The notes under the pieces: model-generated
What the model saw: only the letters and a program-made list of their open reading frames with translations
Told to the model about the DNA's origin: nothing
Database searches by the model: none
Shown: piece after piece, positions 36,253 to 47,908 of the stretch
How the letters are laid out: every line of letters begins with the position of its first letter
Numbering within the stretch: the stretch's first letter is position 1
Translations under genes and position numbers: made by a program
Assembly (NCBI GenBank): GCA_002269645.1
Contig: NIVC01003823.1
Location: forward strand, 1 to 64,000
Length of the DNA: 64,000 nt
Direction of reading: 5' to 3'
Source: Macrostomum lignano
Taxonomy: Eukaryota

Positions 36253-39044
36253 AAGACAGACAGAGAAACTGTTGAAAGGCTTGGATCGATGGAGTGGCTT
36301 TGCTAGTAAATGTGAAAAAATTTTTAGATAGGGATAGGAATAGGGACAGGGATAGTAATAGGGACAGGGATAGGAATAGGGATAGGAATAGGGATAAGGA
36401 TAGGAATAGGGATAGGATAGGGATAGGGATAAGGATAGGAATACGGATAGGAATAGGGATAGGAATAGGGATAGGAATAGGAGTAGGGATAGAATAGGGA
36501 TAGGAATAGGGATAAGGATAGGAATAGGGATAGGATAGGGATAGGAATAGGGATAAGGATAGGAATAGGGATAGGGATAGAAATAGGGATAGGAATAGGG
36601 ATAGGGATAGGAATAGGAATAGGAATAGGGATAGGGATAGGAATAGGGATAGGATAGGGATAGGAATAGGGACAGGGATAGGAATAGGGATAGGAATAGG
36701 GATAAGGATAGGAATAGGGATAGGATAGGGATAGGGATAAGGATAGGAATAAGGATAGGAATAGGGATAGGAATAGGGATAGGAATAGGAATAGGGATAG
36801 AATAGGGATATGAATAGGGATAAGGATAGGAATAGGGATAGGATAGGGATAGGAATAGGGATAAGGATAGGAATAGGGATAGGGATAGAAATAGGGATAG
36901 GAATAGGGATAGGGATAGGAATAGGAATAGGAATAGGGATAGGGATAGGAATAGGGATAGGATAGGGATAGGAATAGGGATAGGAATAGGAATAGGGATA
37001 GAATAGGGATAGGAATATGGATAAGGATAGGAATAGGGATAGGATAGGGATAGGAATAGGAATAGGGATAGGATAGGGATAGGAATAGGAATAGGGATAG
37101 AATAGGGATAGGGATAGGGATAGGAATAGGAATAGGGATAGAATAGGGATAGGAATAGGGATAAGGATAGGAATAGGGATAGGATAGGGATAGGAATAGG
37201 GATAAGGATAGGAATAGGGATAGGGATAGAAATAGGGATAGGAATAGGGATAGGGATAGGAATAGGAATAGGAATAGGGATAGGGATAGGAATAGCGATA
37301 GGATAGGGATAGGAATAGGGATGGGAATAGGAATAGGGATAGAATAGGGATAGGAATATGGATAAGGATAGGAATAGGGATAGGATAGGGATAGGAATAG
37401 GAATAGGGATAGGAGAGGGATAGGAATAGGGATAGAATAGGGATAGGAATAGGAATAGGGATAGGATAGGGATAGGAATAGGGATAGGAATAGGAATAGG
37501 GATAGAATAGGGATAGGAATATGGATAAGGATAGGAATAGGGATAGGATAGGGATAGGAATAGGAATAGGGATAGGGATAGGAATAGGAATAGGATAGGA
37601 ATAGGGATAGGAATAGGGATAAGGATAGGAATAGGGATAGGAATAGGGATAAGGATAGGAATAGGGATAGGAATAAGGATAGAAATAGGGATAAGGACTG
37701 GGATGGGGATAAGGATATGGACAGGGATAAAGACGGGGCGGAGACAGAGACAGACACGGAAAGACAGGGACAGGCACCAAGAAAGAGGGACAAACACGGA
37801 GAGACAGGAATTCAGGCAATGAATGCGAGAATAAAATTGCTTGAAATAATTCAGTAGAGATGGGGACACAGCTACAAAGGACCAATGCAGCATCAATGAG
37901 ACTCTCACCATGCTGTGATACCCAGGCTGCTCGTGGCACCATCGACAGTCGACAGTCAGCGGTTGATAGGATCGTCTCCAAGCGATGGCATCGCGCAGCT
38001 GCTTCTCAGCGGCGTCCAAGTTCCACTCGCGGGCTTTGAGAAATCGGACCAGCCTTTGAAATGGCGAATCGCGTATAAAAATCAATGAAATTGACTTCCT
38101 TTCTCAACTATTGTAATCTTTTGCCATCATTGTCCTCATTGACTGACCCCCCCCACTCCACATTGTGATCCGTAACGGAAATTAACGGATCTAAAAAGAG
38201 TGTCTGCAGCGCCACAATAAGTGCCTAAGGCGCCAAATAGAGTGTCTGTGGCACTAGAATGAGTGCCTGCGGCGCCAAAATAGAGTGCCTGCGGCGCCAC
38301 AATGAGTGCCTTCGGCGCCAAAATGGATTGCTTGCGGCGCCAAAATAGAGCGTCTGCGGCGCCAAAATGGATTGCCTCCGGCGCAAAACTGGAGTGCCTG
38401 CGGCGCCAAAATGGGTGCCTTCGGCGCCAAAATGGATTGCCTGCGGCTCAAAACTGGAGTGCCTGCGGCGCCAAAATGGGTGCCTTCGGCGCCAAAATGG
38501 ATTGCCTGCGGCGCAAAACTGGAGTGCCTGCGGCGCCAAAATGGGTGCCTGCAACGCTAAAATGAGTGCCTGCAACGCTAAAATGAGTGCCTGCCTGCAG
38601 CGCCACAATGAGTGCCTGCGGCGCAAAAATGAGTGCCTGCGGCGCAAAACTGGAGTGCCTGCGGCGCCAAAATGGGTGCCTTCGGCGCCAAAATGGATTG
38701 CCTGCGGCGCAAAACTGGAGTGCCTGCGGCGCCAAAATGAGTGCCTGCAACGCTAAAATGAGTGCCTGCCTGCAGCGCCACAATGAGTGCCTGCGGCGCA
38801 AAAATGAGTGCTATCAACACCTATTCCCAAAATAATGTAGGAATTTATTCATGCAGAATTCTTGGCTTTGTCCCCTCATAATAAAATCCATGGCGACGCC
38901 CCTGCTGTACAGATCAAGCAAAACTCACGTCTCTTCTTCCTGGAAATAGTTCTCTCCAGCTAGTCGCTCCACATCAGACACTCGAGATAGCAGCTCTGAG
39001 AGCAGCTGCTGATGACGGGCGGCTTCGGAAGCTGAGCTGCTCAT
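32017..39044 (-). CDS. CRAL-TRIO/SEC14-domain lipid-binding protein, 4 exons, ~396 aa, with a polyQ/acidic tail
   Basis: Exons 39044-38929 (MSSSASEAARHQQLL..), 38053-37909 (LVRFLKAREWNLDAAEKQLRDAIAWRR), 33839-33662 (QVGFDIVGRPVIY..WIFVIDCT) and 32768-32017 (NFYPEQMDRIVCVN..FHGVWNAIKMFIDPKTVKKMKF). All junctions are GT-AG and phase-consistent (2,0,1). Confidence 0.9.
32910..33570. repeat. 25-bp minisatellite x ~26 in CRAL-TRIO intron 3
   Basis: Unit ctacaaaggactaatacgtgatgat. A variant block recurs at ~32933 and ~33207. Confidence 0.95.
34640..35170 (+). mobile_element. Tc1/IS630-like transposase remnant (HTH region), frameshifted
   Basis: Fragments LVIEALDGGEHPKDIARLLNVKEKVVYNI, QVQLLLDAVETNP..KMQQKLRE and ISTISRALEK..IPAVRNNLQTVERRQEFV match the N-terminal HTH/linker pattern of Tc1-like transposases. 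Stops and frameshifts are present. Confidence 0.6.
36168..36252. repeat. (GA)n microsatellite
   Basis: Direct dinucleotide run. Confidence 0.97.
36328..37730. repeat. Purine-rich GGATA/GGAATA/GGGATA simple satellite (~1.4 kb) in CRAL-TRIO intron 2
   Basis: Mixed 5-6 bp units. This repeat explains the spurious IPIPIP/YPYSY ORFs on the minus strand. Confidence 0.97.
38200..38810. repeat. ~20-21-bp GC-rich minisatellite with higher-order blocks in CRAL-TRIO intron 1
   Basis: Units gagtgcctgcggcgccaaaat / ggattgcctgcggcgcaaaact alternate. Confidence 0.9.
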
Positions 39045-40147
39045 CTTTGCTTTAGCGGGCGAATATGGACGATATGGACGATATAGCTGTAATAAACTAC
39101 CCTAATATCTTTGAGTCGAGCGTATTCTGCGGTAGATTTACACGGGCCGCTTATCAACAAGCTGTTTCTCTATGCTCAAATTCAAAGTCTGTCCGCTTCG
39201 CTCTTCTGTCTCTTTACGCCGTTGAGCATGCCGCTGCGACCCAATGAAAATTGAGCAGGGCAGCACGCTGTGGCGAGTAGGAATACAGCTGCAGGGGAGC
39301 TGTGTTTCTGGGTCAGGGGGGGGGGGGGAATCGATACGCAGTGAGTGCGAAGTGTGCAGCGTTTCGGCCCCAAGTTTGGGTTGCACATTCCAAAATATTT
39401 CAGGCACAATAGGCTTGGGGTGGTTGTGAAACTCTGTGTGTGTGTGAGTGCGTGTATGTCTCACGCGGCACAAAGCTGTTTGGACAAAAGAGACCAGAGA
39501 AAAGGACTCGCAAACTGCATTGGAAAGCCCTGTCGTACCTTCACGGCCCATGTAGGTTTTCACCCAGCCCGAAGGTAAATAGCTATTTTTAGAGCAGCCT
39601 CCACTTCGCTGGGAATACTCTTACCCTTTGCTGTTCGCTCCAAAGCTGAGAATTTACGTTTATCTTTCAAATTTGACTCGCTAGAACGAGTCTTTGTGAT
39701 AGACCGACTGTCTTCTCTTAATACGAGCGTAGCTGCTTTGGTAGAGACCGCACAGACGTAGGTGTTTGAAGACGGCTTTGAATAACAAACACTGGGGCTT
39801 TCGAAATTTTTTAAGAACAGGTGACAAAATTCTTGCCAGAACGTAAGAACCGACGTAAAGTGAGCTCTGGTTTCGTTTTGAATGCAAACGAACTAGCTAT
39901 TCTCGGCGATAGGCTGGACCATAAAGCTTATATTCCCTCGATAGGCCACTCTCAATGCATTCAATGGGAGAAGACCGACCAAGAAAAGAAATTGCAAGAA
40001 AAATCTAATTAAGCCGACAGCGTTTAAGCCAAGTCTGAGGTCAGTAGCTTAAGGGACATAGGCATATTTTTGCCGTGGTTGCAAAAATATCCACAAAAGA
40101 CACAAAGTTCACCGGTCCTCGCGTCCTTGTGCTTTGCTGTCAAACAA

Positions 40148-40399
40148 ATGGGCAAAAGAGTGTTGAATTCGAGGAGCTGCTGTGTTCGGGGCTGCAGCAC
40201 ACATAAATTGTCACCACCAACAAATGATGGAGTCAGCATCTCGCTGAAAAACTTCCCTATGAGTGACTCTGCTGCCCAGAAGTGGATTAACGCGTTAAGC
40301 GACCCCAAAGTCGATCTCCAGAATGTCAGGAAACACAATGCGATGATATGCAGTCTCTTTGCCATTATCATTTGCAAGCATTACACTGAAAATAGCTAA
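40148..40399 (+). pseudogene. Isolated THAP zinc-finger-like ORF (83 aa), possibly a P-element/THAP transposon remnant
   Basis: MGKRVLNSRSCCVRGC...SLKNFP..QKWINAL...ICSLF..ICKHY fits the THAP C-x-C..FP..W..CxxH pattern. No catalytic domain follows. Confidence 0.55.
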
Positions 40400-41486
40400 A
40401 TATGCCTTGAAAACCCTTGAAACGCGCATAAGCTACTGACCTGATACCGTGGTCGCAAAAATTTTAAAGAAAGCCCTGATGTACTGCTCTTTCCTGCTCT
40501 TAAATACAGAAACATACTTTTTCTCGCGTTATTTCAGAGGCATGGACCACTGACAAAAGTAGACGGCAGAGAGTCTATTGTCGGCTAACATAGACATAAC
40601 TAGAAGGCATACTACTGACTTTTACTAGATTATGGGACAACATAAAATCAAGCAGAACAATAGTTCTCTGAGCTGCAGTTTTGCAACTTTGTTAGATACT
40701 ATACAAGGGATTTTTCTATATCCATACAGCACCATTGACGCTCCAGATGCTTTATTTACTAGACGTTGCAGCAGTTTAACAGGATCTAGGCTCTGGTTTA
40801 ACTGAACCAAAACTATTAAAATTTATTTTAGGGCGCAAAAGAATTGCTGACTCTATTATTCCATAGATTATTCTATATTGAAAAGTCGTGTTTCACCTTC
40901 AGGTGTAACATTGCAGTGCTTCCGGCTTACTGGCTTTGCTTACAATAGAAACGGAAGGCCACTGAGATCAATTTAGAAATAGTGAGGTATACGATGCACT
41001 AGCGCACACTTCCCGATACTTATAGTAAATCTAAAATGTTTACTATCGCATTCCCCAGTCAATATTGCTCAAGCCATAGACTGCCATGGACTCATTTGAT
41101 TTTTAGCCCTTGTTATGATGAGTGATTCGGAGAGCAGCGCAAGTTGCGCAACTTCTGAAGAGGAACGATGACAAGTACTCCTTGTTCATACTGGCCCTGT
41201 AAGGCGGAGAATCGGCAATTCCTCAGTGGCTGAATGTGTAGATCCGGACTGTCTATTCAATCGGAAGACGGTACGAGACAACTGGACGCCGTACACCAAA
41301 AGGCGGCTGATGTCACAAGAAGCTACAGGGCCGACTGCCATGTGATTTACTGGTTTCAATATATTGACACGTTCTGTAGAGGATACGTGGGTAGAGAGGC
41401 GTTCAAGTCAACATCTTCTAGACCATCTCCCCGATTTTAGGACTTTTAATAATAGTTAATGATAATAATTGATTACACTCGCCACA

Positions 41487-41764
41487 ATTAAGCCAAATGT
41501 GCAACCGACAGCTCAGCCGCAGCTATAGCGCGGCGCATCTGAAGGCTGCGTACGGCTGTTCAGTCTAAGGACTGGGGGGGGGGGTCGCCACACACAGCCT
41601 CAATTACCCCAGCTAATGCTGGCACCCATTTCACAGCTGGGTGAACTGAAGCAATGCAGAGTTAAGCACCTTGCTCAAGGACACAAATTGTTCCGAGTGA
41701 ATCAAGAATCGAACCCCCGACCTTCAAGTCGTGAGTCCGATGCTCTAACCACTAGGCTACACCC
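41487..41764 (-). mobile_element. CORE-like SINE, copy 2
   Basis: Reverse-complement match to 6153-6426. Confidence 0.85.
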
Positions 41765-42890
41765 TCTTTTGCATCATGAGATGACTACCAAGACAATGAC
41801 ATCACTGACATCTGCGGAATTTACTGCTCGCAGGCTCGAATTGAGTAAGAAATCCTCATATTTAGCAGAAACGAATTGAAAACACTGATTTGTAATTTCG
41901 ACAGTTTTGCAAGCTTGTGTACCATGCAACTTAATAGAAGCTTAACACGTTAGTTTGATTTTGTACATCTACTACTAGATGCGATTAGATTCAGTGAACT
42001 TTTCATGCTCCATAAATTATAAATCCAAATAGGAAAGGTCATGCTAAGTTGCAGTGGCATTCAGGCTACGCTTTTGGCATACCGGCAGCACAAAGAATGC
42101 CTCCATGACTAAGTTCCATATGTTTTGTGCTGGGGGCAATTTGGGTTCGCAAACGCTTTTCTGGAGGAAAGGCAATTAGTGGCTGGGTATCATGCAGGAT
42201 GCATCGAGGACGGGGTTCAATGCACCGGAGGTTGGGAAATTTTGCACCAGTTGTACAGGTAACCATCTGCACTCCCATCCTTGGACAGAGACAGAGGATC
42301 ACGTTTTGCGCAGCCCTTGCCTTACCTGGGCTATTCCTCACCAGCGCAGTACTTATCGATCGGAGGGTTCGAACCTGGTGCCGAAATCGCCATTCAAAAG
42401 TGCTTTGATCGTCGCTCCGGCGCATTAAACATGATTAAAATACCGAACTAGCACACACGTGCTTTCGGGAAAACGCAGTAAAGTATCATTTGGGAGGATC
42501 GAAGACTGCTGCAGAAACCTCCCAGCAAGATTTTTGCTTCATAAATTCAGTGCACGCTCTACAGGGTACCGGTGTGTACGCAGACGCAAGCACAGCTGAC
42601 GCAGCAGAAAGAGTCCTGGATTCTAAACCTGGCATTCATTTCTGGAACCAACTGCCGGCCGAGCGACCAAGTCATTCTTCATATTTTTCCACACCGCTTC
42701 TGCATCTCAGCCCACCTTAGTCTACACGAGCGGACTGACCCGAGCCTGTCACCGACAGTAAAAATTCTGAAAAAATGGAGCCTGTAGAATACATGTAGAC
42801 TGAAGATAAATTCCTTCCGTATTCATTCTTACCCTTTCTCTTATGTGCTTTTATTTGTGTCTAGCGTTGGAAACTTTGGTATATATATAG

Positions 42891-45800
42891 ATGCCGGGGC
42901 AGCCGGCCAGTGACAAAGGACGCAGCGACAACACGGGTATTGCCGCCAGGCATTCAAGCGTTCGTCATCGACCTCTGCTGCCTAAGCAATATTCATTGGC
43001 TCAACAGCAGCACGAGCAGCAGCAGCTGCAGCAACATCAGCAATTCAGTGAAGAACAGCAGCTCCGACAGGAGCAACTACCGAAGACACCGGCAGCGATG
43101 GATAGCAAAAAGCCTCCTGGTACCAGAATTTCCATACGGATTAACGATTCCGACGACGTCGTCAGCGGTTCGACGCGCCGGCATGTACAATATCGACGAC
43201 AAGAGCTGAAACAGCTGCGCAGGCAGAGATTCGAATCGGCTTCGTCCAACACCGGCGACTCTATCGACACCGGTCGCGACTATTCTGCTCTTCAAAGGCG
43301 CCGAAATTCGAGACCTGTCCGGGAGGTCCGAACTAATCGGCCGCCTGGATTCTTTCGCAACTTGATCATTGCGCCGAGCATATCGCCATCGATAAAGAAG
43401 AAAGATGATGTGATAATGACGCCACTCATGCAAGCATACTACAATGGTGAGCTCAATAAGCTCGAGTCCATGTTGACAGGCTCGAACCTCTACGAATGCC
43501 ATAAATGTCACCAAACCCTGGCTGACATAGCAGCTGCTGATGGTCACTTGCACGTGCTGGACATTCTGCACAACAGAGGCGTAGATTTCAACAAGAAAAA
43601 TCCGGGAAATTACGTGCCTCTGCACTACGCCGTGGAGAGCCAGCAGACTCGAGTCATGAGAAAACTGGTTGCCTTGGGCGCCAACCCGAACATTCCTCTG
43701 CCAAGCGGGGAGTACCCTCTGCACAGAGCGTGTGGGTTTCAAACCAACGACGTTCTCTCTTGTCTTTTAAGTAAGCAAACTATATTTCATATTGGTTAAG
43801 AACTATTCAATACTACCTTTATGAGAGTGCATAGAGTATTTTCTTTACTTTCAGGAATTTGTAAGGCTGACGTTGACGTGAGTGACCGTCAGGGCAACAG
43901 CCCTCTGCACCGAGCTTGCCTTGAAGATTCAACTATTCATGTGAAGACGCTTCTTGAGTACTGCAGCCAGGATGTCATCAACCTAAAGGGATACGAAGGC
44001 AAAACGGCCCTGCACATTGCCGTGATCAACCAGAACCGCAATATCACGGCCATGCTTCTCAACAATGGCGCATTTGTTGATATCCAGTCGGACAGCAAGA
44101 AGACGGTGATTGATCAGGTCTTGGGTCTCGGCAGCGTTGTTCTCATGAGCGATCTCGCCTACTTCTTCACTCAGGAGATGACAAAAAGCGAGGCGCGGTC
44201 ATTTAGCGAACTTTTCCAAGACCCACAGTTTCAGCAGTACCTCAACTTTCTAGATGCTGTCGACAATGAGTTCCAATTGTGCCAGATAAAATACGATGAG
44301 CTATCCAGGGATGAGGAGGCCGAGCTGCTCTCAAAGCTAGAAAAAGACGACAAGATAGACCTCATCGAGTTCAAAGACGTCGTGCTGAAGCTTCTTCAAA
44401 CAGAAGCAATTCATGTTCTTCTAGATCCAGGAAATAAGGATGTCTTACTGAAGACTTGCTCAAATATCGTTCGCTATGTTCTCTTTAGAGAGGACAGTGT
44501 GATGCTCGAGCGAATTATGAACTGCGGTCTTATTTGGTTTGAAATTCGAGCTCACATAGAGGAGCACATCGATGAGCTGTATGTTCATACGCCAAACCGA
44601 GGCAACAATGGAATCGTATCCCACTTGACGAATAACTTCATATCCGATCACCGGCTGGACAGGGAAGCGTTTACTCGGTTTTACGGACAAAAATGTTCAA
44701 ATTTCAAACTTCGCGCCTACCGCGAGGTAGAGTTTCAAGCACAGTCAGACTATATGCGTCACCCCATGGACACTCTGGTCATGTGGTCGATTTTTACTGG
44801 CCGCTTCAAGCTAACGGAAATCCTTCTGCGTCAGGAAAAGTTTGACGTTGTGCCACTTGGTCTCTACTGCGCTAGTGTGCTTCGGGCATTCGCAACAATC
44901 CCAAGTATGTCGGTGGACGCCGCAGAAATGGAGCAACTAGCAAGCACCTGTGAGTTGTTTGCTGCGCAGATTGTAAAGAACGTGTATCAGTTGGACACTT
45001 CGTTCAACAAGCAGACAACTGTTGACTATCTTCTTCTTAGATTGCCCTCATATGGCGACATCACTTGCATTCAGCTTGCTGCTAGAAACAGTTCCTCGAA
45101 GTTCCTGCAGACTGAAGCAGGCCAGGAGGCCTTGAACAAGAGCTGGTTCGGTTTCCTACTTCACATCAACACCTACGTCCGTGAAGTGCTAATCTGGCTT
45201 GGTCTCATACCGCTGAACTTATTCATCCCAGTTATACTACTCTATCTGGAAAAGAAGTACACGGAAAAGGCAAACAAGTTGGACAAAAACGCAGAACTCT
45301 TTCAGAAAGATAGCGCAAAGACATCCGGCAATCCATCATGCGATTTCCTCCTGCCGGAATCGATGAGAAGTGCTCAAGAAAATAATCCCACACCTGTGAT
45401 GGCCAGACGCACTCGTTCCTCCGAGCTGAGGCCACTAGTACGATCTCGAGAACAATTGAGCCAATCAATGACGTCACTTAATTCAATGCCTGAATTTGTA
45501 ACCAAAGAAACAGAAAACGAAGAGACAGCAAGCAGTTATTCGCCAGATGGTCCGTCCATCTTTAGCTGGGAGTACATCCGTCTGCTGCTCAGCCTGCTGT
45601 ACGGCTTCTACCGCATACCAGCCGTAAAATTTCGATACCACGCAATTTCGCACATAATTTTGCTACTTTTGTTGTCTTACATTGTTCTGCTGGAGTTCGA
45701 TTACGAACTCAGCGCGCCTGAGGTAATCGCCTACACGATCATATTTGGATTTCTGATGGAGGAGCTTGCGGAGTTTGTACAGTATCTACTGCTGCACGAG

Positions 45801-47908
45801 ACAATATCTGATTTCTTTTCGAGCAAATGGAACATTATCGACCTATTGGCCCTTTTATCTGCGGTGATAGGTTTTGCACTGCGAATCTCTCGATACGACA
45901 GATCGATTCCCACCCATGAAAGGTCTTTAGAGATGGCCTTTGATGATACACTTTGGTACAACGCTAGACTCTTCCTCGGTAAGCTTTTTGATACTTTACT
46001 TAGATTTTATACCAGCAGAACTAATGCTCCTAAGTTTATAAAGCCATCTCTCAAGTTGCCATATCCCCTGCAGAACTACTCCACATAATTAAGATTTATG
46101 TCCCATAGAAAGTTATGTACATGTAAATTACCCTCATTATTTCACTCTAAGTCGAACCTAAGTTGATTCCAAGCGAAGAGTCACGTTTATATTCATTAAA
46201 ACGTCGCTCCTAAGTTCACGTCACCCCCAAAGTAGCTATCCAGAAGTATAATATGACATAATTCTTTAAAGGGCCTGTCAACTAAAGGTCATATAGTGAA
46301 GCTCGAGTAACCTATGTAGACAAATGATGTCATTCTGCTCACAATGACACTAGGAAGCTGGGTTTGGCAAAAAAGCTACGAAAATTGGATTTGGGATAGG
46401 GCAGAACAAGCAAGGCGATAATTAGGGACTCTACTTTATAAGCTTATGTTGGCATAATAGTCCTTAATAGTCCTTAAGTCGACAGGCCCTTTTAATTTTC
46501 GGATTTTCAATCCTCACACTAGGCACGTCCTGCATGCTCTACTGGGTTCGTCTGTTGTACATTTCAACCGTTCTCGAGGAGCTTGGACCCAAGCTGAAAA
46601 TGATAGCTACAATGATTATCAAGGACATGATGCCTTTCCTGTTCATTCTGTTCATCTTCATACTTGGCTTCGGCGTGCTGATTCACGGCCTGTTGTTTCC
46701 GAACGGGTACTACGCTTGGAACTCGGACAAGATGACCACCAGCGAGGTTTTGGTTGCCATGTTTCGGATCTGCTTCTACAGCATGGTCGGCGAGTACAGT
46801 CTGGATCTCATTGAAGGCGACTCGGAATGCGACGACATCTACAATAATAAGACTAAGAATGGGAAGTCGTGCCCGCATCAATTTGGCCGGTAGGTCACTT
46901 CAGGAATCCAATCATTAGAAGTATTGAACCCTAAAATAATCAAAATGCTTCAAGTGCATCCACGAGTACCTAGTATTGACCCGTTCATGTATGCTAGTAA
47001 GATTATTTATTTAATTTAAGAAAAACTGCTCTAAGTTAACGTGAAGCTTTACAGTGACTATCCAAGTGGGATTTCTGTGGCACTATAATAGTTCTACCAT
47101 TTTCGGCTAGGTAATCCCCACGACAACTTATAAGTAATTTTCCCAATCAATTATTCGCAAAACAACCACCTACCTCCCAAGATATCTGGTGCCGAATCTC
47201 GTCATGCCGTTGTACGTGATCATCACGGAGATCCTTCTGCTAAACCTGATAATTGCGCTATTCAGCAGAACAATCGAAGAGATTGACTCGAGGAGCAAAG
47301 CGCTTTGGCAGTTCGAGCGTCACGAACTCATCGAAGAGTTCCAGACGCGTTCCTGCCTGCCACCGCCATTCAACATATTTGACATTTTCAGGCGAGTTCT
47401 GGGTCGGAACTGGAGAAGTTATCGTCGCGAGTCGCGGGGTGCACCTCAACAAAGCTCCGACGAAAAGAAAGAGCTGGACAAGGAACTGGTGCTGCAGTTT
47501 CTGCTCTACCAGGCATTCAGTCTGCGCAACAATCGCGAGAAATTCATGGCTAGCAGTTCGCCAAAGGAGGAGGATGAAAAAGACGAACTCCTGGCGAGGC
47601 TGCGCGAGATGATCAAAGAGGAGCTGGCCAAGAACAACAAAGCTGCGGCTGCGGCTGCGGCGGAAGCCGCGGCAACCGGAAGCTGGGCAGTTGGTGAAGC
47701 TCGAATCGATGATACTCGTGGCACTCTAATGGAGACGACACCTTCGCGGGTGAAACTGCAGTCACCGAAACAGCAGTCGGCTCAGAGACCAAAGCCAGCT
47801 GATGAGCAGCCGGCAACACTGCAGCCGCAGGTGTCTCAAGAAGACGCAGGTGCTTTGATGGCACTGATGGAATCAGATGCGGACCTGGATGATTACGATG
47901 CCATTTAA
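42891..47908 (+). CDS. TRP cation channel with ~6 N-terminal ankyrin repeats and a TRPM-type body, 4 exons, 1365 aa
   Basis: Exons 42891-43770, 43855-45978, 46523-46889 and 47182-47908 total 4098 nt with GT-AG junctions and phases 1,1,2. Ankyrin motifs: VPLHYAV, YPLHRAC, SPLHRAC, TALHIAV. TRPM motifs: LVMWSIFTGRFKL, YGDITCIQLA, FYRIPAVKF, KWNIIDL, LGPKLKMI..M..D, NLIIALF, LWQFERHELIEEF, LPPPFNIF. Confidence 0.9.

Noticed and set aside
36043-38085. 680/610/489-aa ORFs rich in IP, YP and LS
   Set aside because: Read-through of the GGATA satellite in an intron. Only 37909-38053 is a real exon.
38225-38835. Cluster of short Arg/Ala/Cys-rich ORFs
   Set aside because: Translations of the ~21-bp intronic minisatellite.
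42190-42430. Possible LINE C-terminal CCHC remnant (CTSC..ETEDHVL..PC)
   Set aside because: Too short and degenerate to call.
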